DNA of 38,275 nt from Verrucomicrobiia bacterium (GCA_036008545.1 DASYNM010000413.1:1-38275); one strand, 5' to 3'; counted from the first letter of the stretch, positions 1 to 9,798 are shown. Translations and numbers: made by a program. Notes: generated by a model not told the origin, from the sequence alone.

Positions 1-762
1 GTGTTCAAGCGCCTTGTAGGCCGCATCCTTCTTTCCCAAATCCTGTAGTTGTTGCTTGAGCTTGTCGGCGACGTTGGCGAGGTCTTTGAGAGCGTCGTTG
101 CGAGCCAGCACACCTTTGTCCAGACGCATGCCCAAATCCTCGGCGTTTTCAACAGCCTTGCGGGTTGTTTCCAAAGCGGGCGGGCGATGTTCCAACGTCT
201 CGTGCGTGATCTCGACAATTCGTTTGCCGACTTCCTTGAGTATTTGGGCCTCCTCCTTTTTTTCGGCGTAAGCCTTGCTTCGGTATTCCGGCACGAAACC
301 CAATCCGGCGCTAAGCGCCAATGCGGCCAAGGCCCAGCGACTGGCGGGCGGCAAGTGATAGGGAAAAATCTTGCGCGGATCCAATTTACTCGCGAAACGG
401 GCGGCATCCGACATCAACAAAGCGCGCCAGCCCTCGACGGGGCCAGTGGGAGCCATTTCCAGCGCTGTGCTGAGGCGTTCCTGGAGATTTTGGCGTTCAT
501 CCAGACAGCGGGCGGTCTGGCCCAAGGTGGAGCGGCGCACCCAGCCACGGACGAAACCGGCGAGGATGCAGAGAATGGCAAAAATCCCGGCGGCGTTGGG
601 CACCACGACAGGGACGGGAGTGAGCTTATATACGACAAGGGCCAAAAGCCAGACGGAGGCGCCGATAAGCAGCCCTTGCCACAGACCGTTCCAGGCCCGT
701 TCCCAGCGGCGGCGTCGCGCCGCGCGAACCAGAACCGACTGAATGGCATCAAAGTCGCTCAT
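1..762 (-). CDS. Hypothetical membrane protein. Only the N-terminal 254 codons are present because the gene runs off the left edge. It has two predicted TM helices followed by a charged, coiled-coil-like region. The DUF4175-like resemblance is only an impression.
   Basis: The ORF is missing from the supplied track because it has no stop inside the window. I checked every minus-frame codon from 762 down to 1 and found no stop. The ATG is at 762-760 and is preceded by an in-frame TAA (772-774). The translation begins MSDFDAIQSVLVRAARRRRWERAWNGLWQGLLIGASVWLLALVVYKL...GIFAILCILAGFVRGW, then continues EKKEEAQILKEVGKRIVEITHE...KLKQQLQDLGKK. The + strand ORF 49..948 is its antisense shadow. Confidence 0.6.
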   Translation of the reverse strand, partial: MSDFDAIQSVLVRAARRRRWERAWNGLWQGLLIGASVWLLALVVYKLTPVPVVVPNAAGIFAILCILAGFVRGWVRRSTLGQTARCLDERQNLQERLSTALEMAPTGPVEGWRALLMSDAARFASKLDPRKIFPYHLPPASRWALAALALSAGLGFVPEYRSKAYAEKKEEAQILKEVGKRIVEITHETLEHRPPALETTRKAVENAEDLGMRLDKGVLARNDALKDLANVADKLKQQLQDLGKKDAAYKALEH

Positions 763-931
763 TCTTGTGTGTTACACTGCAACAGAAAGCCGACTTTGGC
801 CAGCGAATTCTTTCAAAATCGGGGATGTGTCATAAGCGGGGTTGGTAGGGACGCCGCGCCGCGGCTGCGCAAGTTGAATTCCTGCTTGATTTGTGGCGTC
901 TGTTCATGGCCTGCTACTCGGAACATAGTTC

Positions 932-2341
932 ATGAACAACAAAAATGAGTTGCCGGAGTCCACTCGGCGGGACTTCCTCAAAAATGCGTCGCTAGCCTCC
1001 ATGATGGCCATGATGGGGGGAGTGGAGCTGAAAGCGGATGAACCGGCCAAGCCGGTTGCCGAGGACGGTCTGACCAAGAAACCGGTGTCCCCGTCCATCA
1101 ACGTCGGTGTCATCGGCTTAAATGAACGCGGCCGCGAAGTGCTCAAGCAACTCGCCTTGTTGCCCCGGGATCCAGACAATCCGAAGCTCGGCGCCCATGT
1201 CGTTGCCATTTGCGATACGTACCCGGCAGCGGTCCGTAGGGCCGGCAATCAGGACGCCCCCAACGCGCAAAAATATGACGATTACTCCAAGCTCCTGGGC
1301 GATCCGAACGTGGAGGCGGTGATCATCGCCACGCCGACCGCCACTCACAAGGAGATTGCGCTGGCCGCCTTGGCCGCCGGCAAGCACGTCTATTGCGAAG
1401 CGCCGCTGGCCAACACCATCGACGACGCCAAGGCAATAGCGAAAGCGGCGAGAGACGCATTCAAATTGGTTTTCCAGTCCGGCTTGCAGCAACGCTCGCA
1501 TCCGCAAATCGAATTCCTTGTGCCCTTCATTCGAGCTGGCGCGATTGGAAAGTATGTCATGGTCCGCGCGCAGTGGCACCAAAACACAAGCTGGTATAAA
1601 ACAGCCCCCACGCCGCAGCGGGAAGACGCGCTCAATTGGCGCCTACACAAAGCCACCAGCACGGGACTCATCGGCGAGGAGGGCATCCACCAAATTGATA
1701 GCGTCTGCTCTTTTTTGCAGGGGCGCCCGGAAGCGGTGACCGGTTTCAGTTCAACGATTCGAGCCTACCAGGACAATCGCGATGTGCCGGACACGGTCCA
1801 GGCCATCTTTGAATTTCCACATGGTGTCAATTATTTTCATGACCTGACGATCTGTAATTCGTTCGAGAAGGCTTACGAGGTTTATCTCGGCGTCGAGTCG
1901 GCCATGATGATGCGCGACTTCAAGGCCTGGCTCTTCAAGGAGGTCGATGCCCGGAATTTGGGGTGGGAAGTGTACGCGCGCCACGACACCTTTTACAACG
2001 AGACGGGTATCGCGCTGGTGGCCAATGCTTCCAAGCAAACTACCTTGGCTGGTAGCGCTGAGTCCTTCAATCCCTACGACCACGAGCCGCTCTATTACGC
2101 TTTGGAAGCCTTTACCGACCGGGCCGGCAATCAAACCAAGGATGTCAAGGACTTCACCGAAATGTATCCCGACGGCGATGCCCAGGCCTTGGCCGATTAT
2201 CTCAAGACGCTTAGTCGAATCCGAAAGCCCGCCGCCACTTGGCAGGACGGCTTGGACGCGACCGTCATGGCGATCAAAGCCAACGAAGCCGCCCTGACAA
2301 AACAGAAGATCAAGTTCGAGCAAGAGTGGTTTGAAATATGA
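932..2341 (+). CDS. Gfo/Idh/MocA-family NAD(P)-dependent oxidoreductase with a twin-arginine (TAT) signal peptide
   Basis: The N-terminus STRRDFLKNASLASMMAMMGG is a TAT motif. INVGVIGLNERGREVL is a Rossmann glycine-rich start. HVYCEAPLA is a variant of the family EKP motif. The 469-aa length is typical of PVC periplasmic Gfo/Idh/MocA proteins. Confidence 0.85.
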   Translation: MNNKNELPESTRRDFLKNASLASMMAMMGGVELKADEPAKPVAEDGLTKKPVSPSINVGVIGLNERGREVLKQLALLPRDPDNPKLGAHVVAICDTYPAAVRRAGNQDAPNAQKYDDYSKLLGDPNVEAVIIATPTATHKEIALAALAAGKHVYCEAPLANTIDDAKAIAKAARDAFKLVFQSGLQQRSHPQIEFLVPFIRAGAIGKYVMVRAQWHQNTSWYKTAPTPQREDALNWRLHKATSTGLIGEEGIHQIDSVCSFLQGRPEAVTGFSSTIRAYQDNRDVPDTVQAIFEFPHGVNYFHDLTICNSFEKAYEVYLGVESAMMMRDFKAWLFKEVDARNLGWEVYARHDTFYNETGIALVANASKQTTLAGSAESFNPYDHEPLYYALEAFTDRAGNQTKDVKDFTEMYPDGDAQALADYLKTLSRIRKPAATWQDGLDATVMAIKANEAALTKQKIKFEQEWFEI

Positions 2342-2985
2342 AAATCCTTTCATGGTCCGCCGCGCTGGCGCTTTGTATCGTACCCAACCTTAACGCCCGC
2401 GCCCAGACGCGTTACAACACGCAACCCGTCGGCAATTCAGTCCGCATCGATGGCACCTCCAGCGCGCATGATTGGGAGATGGAAGGGACCGTCATCGGTG
2501 GCTACCTGGAACTTGGCGAGGGCGTGACTCTGGACAAATCGCAAGCGACTCCCGCCGGTCTCCAAGGCGACAAGCTTTCAGCCAAGGTGCATGCGATCAT
2601 CCCAGTCAGCACCGTCCACAGCAAGGCCGAACACCTCCCAGAGGTCATGGACGGTTTGATGCAGAAGAATATGAAGGCGGCCGACTTTCCGAGAATCGAA
2701 TACACGCTCAAGGAGTTGACTTTCAAAGGCCCGCACACTGCCGGCCAGCCGTTCACCTTCGACGCCGACGGCGAATTGACCATCGCCGGGGCGACCAAGA
2801 AAGTAAATTTTCCCGTCACCATCGAACCGTTGGAAGGCGGCAAGATCAAAATCACGGGCACAGCGCCGGTCAAGATGACCGACTATGGCGTGGATCCTCC
2901 CAAGCCGAACTTCGGGCTGGGCTTGATGAAATGCGGGGACGATGTGAAAATCCAATTTGACTGGACGCTGAAGGAAAAGAAATAA
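2338..2985 (+). CDS. YceI-like (polyisoprenoid-binding-like) periplasmic protein
   Basis: There is a signal peptide (MKILSWSAALALCIVPNLNARAQ). The pattern of beta-barrel YceI-like segments is present: SVRIDGTSSAHDWEMEGTVIGGYLEL and GELTIAGATKKVNFPVTIE. The start overlaps the upstream stop as ATGA (2338-2341), which implies translational coupling with the oxidoreductase. Confidence 0.65.
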   Translation: MKILSWSAALALCIVPNLNARAQTRYNTQPVGNSVRIDGTSSAHDWEMEGTVIGGYLELGEGVTLDKSQATPAGLQGDKLSAKVHAIIPVSTVHSKAEHLPEVMDGLMQKNMKAADFPRIEYTLKELTFKGPHTAGQPFTFDADGELTIAGATKKVNFPVTIEPLEGGKIKITGTAPVKMTDYGVDPPKPNFGLGLMKCGDDVKIQFDWTLKEKK

Positions 2986-3909
2986 GCGGACGCGGAAGAA
3001 GGTTAGCCACGGATAAGACACAGATTGGGAAAGCATTTCTCCACCTGATCCTAATCAGCTTAGGAGGACTAAAGTCCACTTAATTCCTGCCGATACAAAG
3101 AGTATGGCGGCGAAAATGCTCAGTCATCCGATATGGGGTGAATGCCCCATAGTGCCGGCAAGGGTTCGATGTTACAGTCAAACCATGAAAGTTGCCGAGC
3201 TCTGTTCCGCGGGAGAATCTGACGAAACAGTGCTGCAATCCCACGCGAGTCCGACCCGTCACATTGCTGCGGATAATGAGGCCGCTGTTCTTCAAATGAT
3301 CTTACCACCGTGCTGGTTGACTCCGGCTAAATGATTATGCGTACTATTTATTACGTCCTCCTTTTTGTGAGCCTGCTTCTACTGCTTCTTTGCGTCAATT
3401 CGCTCCGATGGCTGCTCTCCAAGTTCCAACTTGCGCTGCACTCCGTCCGGCGAAGCGCTGTGGGAGTTGCTGGCGGCTTGCCGCATCGGCCTGCGCCACA
3501 AAACCACGGAAGTCACATCTAAGCATTCCACATTTGGAATTGACACAAAGTTGAACCTTGAGATGCGACCGCATGGCAGCTCGCACGTCTAGCTTTCATG
3601 CAAGGACCGGACGCAGCCGGCCTTGATGCGCTGTCATCGCGCCTTGGCACAAACCAAAATCCCGCGAACTTGCCGCCTCCGAACTCAAAAAACCGGCTCC
3701 AAGTGGTTACCTCTTGCTTTCCTGATCTGCTCGGCCCACCAGGTGAGACTGATCACGCGCCGACGCCGACGGGAAATCCGAGCGCTGTAGAACACTGATG
3801 GCCGGATACCCGACGCATCGAATGCTGCAGGAATTGATGGCCTTGGATGTAAGCGGTGCCGACCGCGACCAGATCGTCGAAATTGCGACCCTCCTCCAGT
3901 GTTCCCGAG

Positions 3910-4977
3910 TCAAACCTCCACGCGATAAATTTGCACCCTGCCCCAGGCTGGCCATTTACCATTCTTCCGCTCCGGTTGACCGTTTGCGCCGGAAATAATG
4001 AGCCTCTTGCCATCGGCGGTGAAGCGAGCCTGGGTGATGCGTTTTTTGGTGTCCAACGATTGCACCAGGTTACCATTCGAAGCATCAAAGATAGCTAAAT
4101 TCCACGTGCCCTGTGCCTGCCGACCCGCCATGACGAAGTGCGTGCCGTTCGGTTGCCAGTCGAGAGCTTCCATCAGGCCGGCGCCATGCTGGTCGTCTTT
4201 GATTTGGTCCAACTTTTCACCCTTCCGCCAGTCCCAACGCTGCCATGTCATCTTGCCATTACCGGCCATCGGATCGCCCATCGGCCCCATGCCGCAACCC
4301 AGCAGCGACTTTCCGTCCGGCGCAAAGGCCAGACCGTAAATGCCACCCAAGTAATGATGCGATTTGACCGTGCCCCAGGAGGTGAAATCCGGCGAGGTCC
4401 ACTGCGCCACTGGCGGACTGCCGGCCTTGCCTTGCAAATCCCACACGCGAACCTCGCCCATCATATTTCCTGCCGCGAGATACTGCCCATCCGGGGCGAA
4501 CGCGCAACTCATGACCGGCGGTGTGTGCGAATAGGAGGCGAGCAAGTTGCCGGTGGCGGTGTCAAATACTTTTACCGACGCCTCGGTTTCAGGCGCCGGT
4601 TCATATTTCCAGCCACCGGGAGTGTACTGGCCGGTGCTCGTAGCAAGTTGCCGTCCATCCGGCGACAACGCGAGTTGCCAGTTCCAAAACTTATGGGCGG
4701 CCACGCGTCGCAGGCAGCGACCGGTTTCCGTATCATGCCAAAGCAGCACTCCATCGTAGCCGCCGGAAATCAGCGTCTTGCGGTCGGGCAACAACACACA
4801 AGCGCTGGCGAACGAGGTGTGCTTCTCGTCGAATGGATCCGCGTCGCCAGTGTCGAGATCCACATCGTAGAGCGCGCCATCCGCGCAGGCGGCGTAGGCG
4901 GCGCCGCCGTCCGGCGTGATGGCAAGACCCAGTGCTCCGGTCGGCAGTTTGGCATCGAATTCAAGGGTCAGCTTCAT
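3910..4977 (-). CDS. WD40-type beta-propeller repeat protein
   Basis: Repeated motifs of the type SPDGxxLAxxxxDGxxxxWD are present (LAITPDGGAAYAACADGALYDVD, GGYDGVLLWHDTETG, LALSPDGRQLATS, FAPDGQYLAAGNMMGEVRVWD, FAPDGKSLLGCG, FTADGKRLIISG). I place the start at the internal ATG 4977 (MKLTLEF), 4 nt after the DUF1501 stop. The track's 5073 start would overlap the upstream gene by about 90 nt. Confidence 0.8.
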   Translation of the reverse strand: MKLTLEFDAKLPTGALGLAITPDGGAAYAACADGALYDVDLDTGDADPFDEKHTSFASACVLLPDRKTLISGGYDGVLLWHDTETGRCLRRVAAHKFWNWQLALSPDGRQLATSTGQYTPGGWKYEPAPETEASVKVFDTATGNLLASYSHTPPVMSCAFAPDGQYLAAGNMMGEVRVWDLQGKAGSPPVAQWTSPDFTSWGTVKSHHYLGGIYGLAFAPDGKSLLGCGMGPMGDPMAGNGKMTWQRWDWRKGEKLDQIKDDQHGAGLMEALDWQPNGTHFVMAGRQAQGTWNLAIFDASNGNLVQSLDTKKRITQARFTADGKRLIISGANGQPERKNGKWPAWGRVQIYRVEV

Positions 4978-4981
4978 ATTC

Positions 4982-6364
4982 TCAGGCCAGCAATTCCCGG
5001 ATTGGCTCTGCCTTGTTTTCCACACGGTGAAACGTGGGCATGGCGGGCAGGTCGTATTCCGCGTACGGATCAATTCCTAAAGCGGTGAATATGGTGGCGA
5101 ACAAGTTTTGCTCGTCGTAAGGCTTTTCAACGACATCTACTCCGTCCACGTCCGTCGCGCCCGTGACCACGCCGCGCTTCAAGCCGCAGCCAGTCATCAT
5201 CAAGCTCCAGGCGTCGGGATAATGGTCGCGACCGCGGGCCGGATTCATCCAAGGAGTGCGCCCAAATTCACCCATGGCAATGACCAGCGTGCTGTCCAGC
5301 AGCCCGCGCTGCTCCAAGTCGGTGATCAAATTGAAAAGGACCCGGTCCAATTCCGGCACCAGCATCTGATGAATTTCGTGCTGAAAGACGTGATTGTCCC
5401 AATTCATGCCGTTGGCGACCATGACGAAAGGTGCGCCGTGTTCGACAAGATTCAGCGCCATGAGCGAGTGCTGCGCAAAACTTCCGGCGCCGTAACGCTG
5501 GCGGTCTTTGGCGGGCAATTTATTCACATCGAATAAGTCCGCGCTGGCCGTCATGCCCTTGAGCCGGTCGAACGCCGCATTTTGGCTGCGCGCCACGCTG
5601 CTTCGCCGGTCGCGCTCGTATTTTGCGGTAAGGAAGCGTCGCAACGTTTCTCGGGATTCGCGGTCGTGTTGCGGGATGGTTTCCGTCGCGGCATCAAGGA
5701 ATTGGGTATAATCGCCGCCCAAGCGCACCGGGGCGTATTCCGCGCCAAGCCATCCGGCCCAGTTGCCCGCCTTGAAAGACTCGAACTCGTTGCCGCCCGG
5801 AATCGGGTCCAATAATATGAAATTCGGGATGGGCGAGTCCAACTGTCCGAGTGTTTGCGCGCACACGCTGCCCAGCGTCGGCCTTGTGAATCCAGCGCGT
5901 TCCGGGTTGCCTCGTTGCAAGAGCGTGATGGCCTGGAAGTGCTCCTTCTGCGCTGTTTTCATGCTGCGGACAATATTCAACTTGTCCGCAATGTTGGCGC
6001 ATTGCGGCAACAGCGAAGAAAAGTGGACGCCGGGAATTTTGGTGGGGATGCTTCCGAAAGGTCCGCCGCTGGGACGGCCGGGTTTGGGATCCCAGGTTTC
6101 GAATTGACTGGGCGCCCCGCAAAGCCAAAGCAGGATACAATGTTTTTGGGCTTTTTTCGTTTGCGCCGCGAAGATTGGATTTTGAAACAAGCCCGTGAAA
6201 CTCGCGATGCTGGCCAGCGCACCGCCTGTCAATCCCTTGATAAAGAGCCGGCGATGCAGCCGGTGCTCGTCCACGCGGCACGCGCCCGGCTTTCGGTTCG
6301 CGCCCGTTGCATGACCCGCGCCACAAGCGCCGGCGCACATATCTGTGAAATCAGGATTCATCAT
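4982..6364 (-). CDS. DUF1501-family protein (sulfatase-fold, TAT-exported)
   Basis: HRRLFIKGLTGGALASIASFTG is a TAT-like leader. ILLWLCGAPSQFETWDPKPG and GEFGRTP are signatures I recognise from DUF1501 proteins. The ATG at 6364 overlaps the upstream TGA by 1 nt (TGATG). A GTG at 6367 is an alternative start. Confidence 0.85.
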   Translation of the reverse strand: MMNPDFTDMCAGACGAGHATGANRKPGACRVDEHRLHRRLFIKGLTGGALASIASFTGLFQNPIFAAQTKKAQKHCILLWLCGAPSQFETWDPKPGRPSGGPFGSIPTKIPGVHFSSLLPQCANIADKLNIVRSMKTAQKEHFQAITLLQRGNPERAGFTRPTLGSVCAQTLGQLDSPIPNFILLDPIPGGNEFESFKAGNWAGWLGAEYAPVRLGGDYTQFLDAATETIPQHDRESRETLRRFLTAKYERDRRSSVARSQNAAFDRLKGMTASADLFDVNKLPAKDRQRYGAGSFAQHSLMALNLVEHGAPFVMVANGMNWDNHVFQHEIHQMLVPELDRVLFNLITDLEQRGLLDSTLVIAMGEFGRTPWMNPARGRDHYPDAWSLMMTGCGLKRGVVTGATDVDGVDVVEKPYDEQNLFATIFTALGIDPYAEYDLPAMPTFHRVENKAEPIRELLA

Positions 6365-8244
6365 CACGGCATGGTTAAAAATTCGGCGCTGGTCATCATG
6401 GCCCAGAGCAAATCACGGTCGGCCTGGACGGGCTCGCTGGAGCGCGACTTCAAGAAAGCCCTGGCTTGGGTTGCCTCTTCCTTGTCCGGCAGGCGCTCGT
6501 AAGTGGCTAGAAACGCCTCCCGAGCACGACTGGCCGGGTCGGGAAGAGCGGTCAGTCGAGACATGGTGTCGCCAGGCTCGGGTTTGAGAATTCCCGCCAA
6601 AAGCGAGGAATTGGCAAGAAATTGCGCCTGCTGGTAATTGGCGTTGTAGTCCTGGGGCAGCACGTCGGGCAAGGCGGTAATGGTGGCGCGGCGAAGGGCA
6701 TCGTCTTCGGGCGGCAAGCCGGCTGCTACGCGCCAGGAACGAGCGAGTTGTTCAGCGGAAAGCGGACGCTCGATGGCTCCCGCAAAGGATTCGGGCGGAG
6801 CATCCGCGTGTCCCAGAGCATAAACCCGACTGAGCACAATGCCCCGCACTTCACGACGGATATCATATTGGTGACCGGCGAAATCGTGCGCCAGCCAATC
6901 CAGCAATTCAGGGTGGCTCGGCGCATGGCGGGCGTTCATTTCATCCGCCGGCTGCACGATCCCGCGGCCGAGGAAGACCGACCATAAACGATTTACGAAG
7001 GCACGGGCCAGAAGAGGATTATTGCAAGTGGCGGCGTCGGTAAAGGCGGCGCGCCGGGAGAATCTCGGGACCCGGACTTTCGCCTTCGGGTCAATGTACT
7101 TGTCATCAGTATCCTCCTCCTTTTGATCGGCCTTGGGGCGATCCTCCTTGATGGTGACGCCGGTAAGAAGCGTCAGCACCGCGGCGCTGGATTCTTTTTT
7201 TAGATTAGTGAAATTGACAAAGCCGCCGATGGCGGACTCTGCGATGTTCGTGCCGCCTTCCACATTTTTGCCCCGATTATAGGCTGCCACCAAGCCCCAA
7301 TAATGCCCCTGCTTGATATCCCGAACCAGCGGATGGTCGTGGCACTGCGCGCAATTGATTTTGGTCCCGTACACCACAGGAGCGATGGCCTCGGCAATGG
7401 CTTGGTAGTCGTCGCGCCGCTCGTATAGAAACCAAGATGCACCGGTATCTTCCGGTTTATCAGGCCGCGCGAGCAAAATAGCGTGAACCATATCAATCCA
7501 AGGACGGTTGGTGCGGAAGCCATTTTCCAGAAAAGCCCACCAGCCGTTTTTTTTGCGTTGGTCTTCTGTGCGCTCGCGCTTGGGGCGGCCCATGAGAAAA
7601 ACATCCCAAAGTTCGCGCATGTGGACCGGATATTCGTCCGATGCCAGCAGCCGGTCCACGAGCGCGGCGCGCTTCGAGGCGGACGGTAAGTTGAGAAACG
7701 CCTGCAACTCCGACTCCGTACAAACGCGCCCGGCGAGATCGAGATAAACGCGGCGGCACCAAGTGCGATCATCCACCTCGGAGGCCGGCTTGACCTTGCG
7801 CTGCTTCCAGCCTTCCCCGATGAGCGTATCAATCGCCTGCTTCACGGAATCAAAATGACGTAGTGGACGCGGCTTGGTCGCCGCATCCATCGCCGCCGCG
7901 CTGATAGAGGCGATCCATTCGCGAACCACTTTCCGATCCGCCTCCGCCAGTTGCTTTTTGGGCGGCATGTGCTGCTCAGCATCTGAGGCCAGATTCTTGT
8001 AGAGGCGGCTTTCTTGCGGCTTGCCGGCCACGATGACGGCGCCGTCGTCGCCTCCCTTCAACAGTGCTTCAAAGGTATCCAATTCGAGTCCGCTCTTTTG
8101 TTGGAGGGGACCGTGGCACTTGACGCAGTTGAGATCGAGCAGTGGCTGCACCTTGTCGGTCCAAAGGACAGCCGCATCTGTCGCCCAGGCCAATTGGGCG
8201 GCGGCAAGAAAGCCCCAGACAACAAGGAATGCAGCACAACGCAT
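6364..8244 (-). CDS. PSCyt1 (planctomycete cytochrome c) - DUF1549 - DUF1553 protein
   Basis: There is a signal peptide. CVKCHGP is a haem-binding-type motif, and it is followed by KGGDDGAVIVAGKPQESRLY...MPPKK (PSCyt1). CAQCHDHP is typical of the DUF1549/DUF1553 core. The canonical pairing with a downstream DUF1501 gene is present. Confidence 0.85.
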   Translation of the reverse strand: MRCAAFLVVWGFLAAAQLAWATDAAVLWTDKVQPLLDLNCVKCHGPLQQKSGLELDTFEALLKGGDDGAVIVAGKPQESRLYKNLASDAEQHMPPKKQLAEADRKVVREWIASISAAAMDAATKPRPLRHFDSVKQAIDTLIGEGWKQRKVKPASEVDDRTWCRRVYLDLAGRVCTESELQAFLNLPSASKRAALVDRLLASDEYPVHMRELWDVFLMGRPKRERTEDQRKKNGWWAFLENGFRTNRPWIDMVHAILLARPDKPEDTGASWFLYERRDDYQAIAEAIAPVVYGTKINCAQCHDHPLVRDIKQGHYWGLVAAYNRGKNVEGGTNIAESAIGGFVNFTNLKKESSAAVLTLLTGVTIKEDRPKADQKEEDTDDKYIDPKAKVRVPRFSRRAAFTDAATCNNPLLARAFVNRLWSVFLGRGIVQPADEMNARHAPSHPELLDWLAHDFAGHQYDIRREVRGIVLSRVYALGHADAPPESFAGAIERPLSAEQLARSWRVAAGLPPEDDALRRATITALPDVLPQDYNANYQQAQFLANSSLLAGILKPEPGDTMSRLTALPDPASRAREAFLATYERLPDKEEATQARAFLKSRSSEPVQADRDLLWAMMTSAEFLTMP

Positions 8245-8370
8245 TGCAGGATTTAATTTGCACGCATAAGACGAACGTGCGCAATGAGTTATTCAAGAAA
8301 AACACACCTGTGGGCGGCTTCAGATTGATTGATTCCGACCAGACCGTGAGACGAGAAGCGTCTTGCTTTG

Positions 8371-9660
8371 ATGGCCTGCGACTGCTTGCATCCGGGGATG
8401 TCATCGAAAGCGTATTGTGCTCTAGGGCGTTGCCTCAAATGGTCCACCCTACTGAGTCTCTTATTATTGACTGTGCCGTCCGTCCGCGCGTCCGATTACT
8501 TTCCAAAACCAGACAGTGAAGGAGGCTGGCGCGAGGCTCATGACGAGGCGCAAGTCCTCAAGCGGGCGGGCTTGAATCTTCCCCAACTTGAGCGCGCCTT
8601 TGAATTTACGCAACGCTGCAGCCAGAACGGCGGATTGCTGGTGGTGCGCCACGGATATTTGGCCTTTGAAAAATATTTTGGACTCGCTCAACGCGACGCG
8701 AACCCTGACATGGCGTCCACTGGCAAGGCGGTGACGAGCATCGCGTGCGGAATCATGCTCAAGGAATTTCACGACAAAGTTCCCGACGGCCTCGCGCAAA
8801 AGGTGTTTACGGAGACGTATTTGCCGGAGGCGTTTCCGCTAGACGATCCCAGAAAAGCCGACATCACTTTGGGTCAACTGCTGTGCATGACAGCCGGTTA
8901 TCACGGCGAAGGCTCCAGCCCGGGCATTGTCAATGGTCGCGTCGTTCCGCTCGACCAGGCGCACGGCCAGGATATTCACGATCTGGATATGTCATCGATC
9001 CGAACGGTTCTTTGGACCAATCCCGGCGCTGGTTATTCCTATTCGTCGCCCGCTCCGCACATCGCGTCCATTGTGTTGCGGCATGTCACGGGAATGGAAC
9101 TTCAGGACTACATCAACGAGCGCCTGGGCAAACCGATGGGTTGGGGTTCCTGGGGATATTGTTTGCATCGCGGAGATTTTCTCATGCCGCACGCCAATGG
9201 AGCAGGCAGCATTGCCTTGCATGCCACCGACGCCCTTCGATTCGGCTACTGCCTGTTGCATCAAGGCAGGTGGGACGGGAAGCAATTGGTGCCGGCGGAG
9301 TATGTTGCGCTGTGCGGCCAGCCGTCGCCGTTCAACCCGCATTGTCCGTTCAGCCTGATGTTCGAGAATAATTCTGACGGCCATGTGGTTGGTGCGCCAC
9401 GAGACGCTTTTTACAAGTCGGGAGCGGGCGGCTTCGGTATTTTCGTTGTGCCTTCGCTTGACCTGGTGATTTACAAATTGGGCGGCAACGATGGACAATA
9501 CAATGTGGGGTTGACAGGCTTGCCTCAGCCTGCCGCACCCGATCACTCCCGCGCCGATTGGCACCCGATTCCCAAGACTCCATTCAACGAAGGCAGCATG
9601 GGCGGCGACGATGGCTTGAGACGAGTGCTCGAAATGGTGTCGGCGGCGGTGAGAGATTGA
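8371..9660 (+). CDS. Serine hydrolase of the beta-lactamase / PBP-like family, secreted
   Basis: The S-x-x-K motif is present (ASTGKAVTS). A Y-S-x-like second motif (AGYSYSS) and a KSG third motif (YKSGAGGFG) are also present. The signal peptide is ...LLSLLLLTVPSVRA/SD. The start is uncertain: TTG 8368, ATG 8371 or ATG 8398 (MSSKAY...). Confidence 0.8.
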   Translation: MACDCLHPGMSSKAYCALGRCLKWSTLLSLLLLTVPSVRASDYFPKPDSEGGWREAHDEAQVLKRAGLNLPQLERAFEFTQRCSQNGGLLVVRHGYLAFEKYFGLAQRDANPDMASTGKAVTSIACGIMLKEFHDKVPDGLAQKVFTETYLPEAFPLDDPRKADITLGQLLCMTAGYHGEGSSPGIVNGRVVPLDQAHGQDIHDLDMSSIRTVLWTNPGAGYSYSSPAPHIASIVLRHVTGMELQDYINERLGKPMGWGSWGYCLHRGDFLMPHANGAGSIALHATDALRFGYCLLHQGRWDGKQLVPAEYVALCGQPSPFNPHCPFSLMFENNSDGHVVGAPRDAFYKSGAGGFGIFVVPSLDLVIYKLGGNDGQYNVGLTGLPQPAAPDHSRADWHPIPKTPFNEGSMGGDDGLRRVLEMVSAAVRD

Positions 9661-9798
9661 GCCAATAGCAAACTAATGCGAGCAAACAGCATACGCAAAC
9701 GCCGCCCGTTACACCGCTCGCAAGCGCCTGCCGCCCCTTAACAGCCAGAGAACGGCCACGCAACCAGTGGCGGCTACGCAGTCAGCCCCGGCGAATCG

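Noticed and set aside
49-948. A 299-aa + strand ORF, the longest ORF listed at the left edge
   Set aside because: It lies exactly antisense to an uninterrupted minus-strand reading frame (1-762) that encodes a sensible two-TM membrane protein. Its own translation is Gly/Ala/Arg-rich with no motifs. It is a high-GC shadow ORF.
3040-3300. Possible known structured RNA in the ORF-free gap (RNase P, SRP/4.5S, tmRNA, cobalamin riboswitch, hammerhead)
   Set aside because: There are only fragmentary resemblances: GAGGACTAAAGTCC against the RNase P GAGGAAAGTCC, TTCTCCCGC against 4.5S, and CTGACGAAAC against the hammerhead core. In each case the remaining conserved cores (for example GGAAGCAGCC, the B12 box, CUGAUGA) are missing on both strands.
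3331-3522. A 63-aa hydrophobic small ORF as a type I toxin or small membrane protein
   Set aside because: There is no Shine-Dalgarno or other start signal. Only the first about 25 residues are hydrophobic, and the rest is Arg/Ala/Gly-rich read-through. I kept it only as a remark under the gap finding.
4138-5088. A 316-aa + strand ORF overlapping the WD40 gene
   Set aside because: It is antisense to clear WD40 repeats, has an Arg/Gly/Ala-rich composition and has no recognisable motif.
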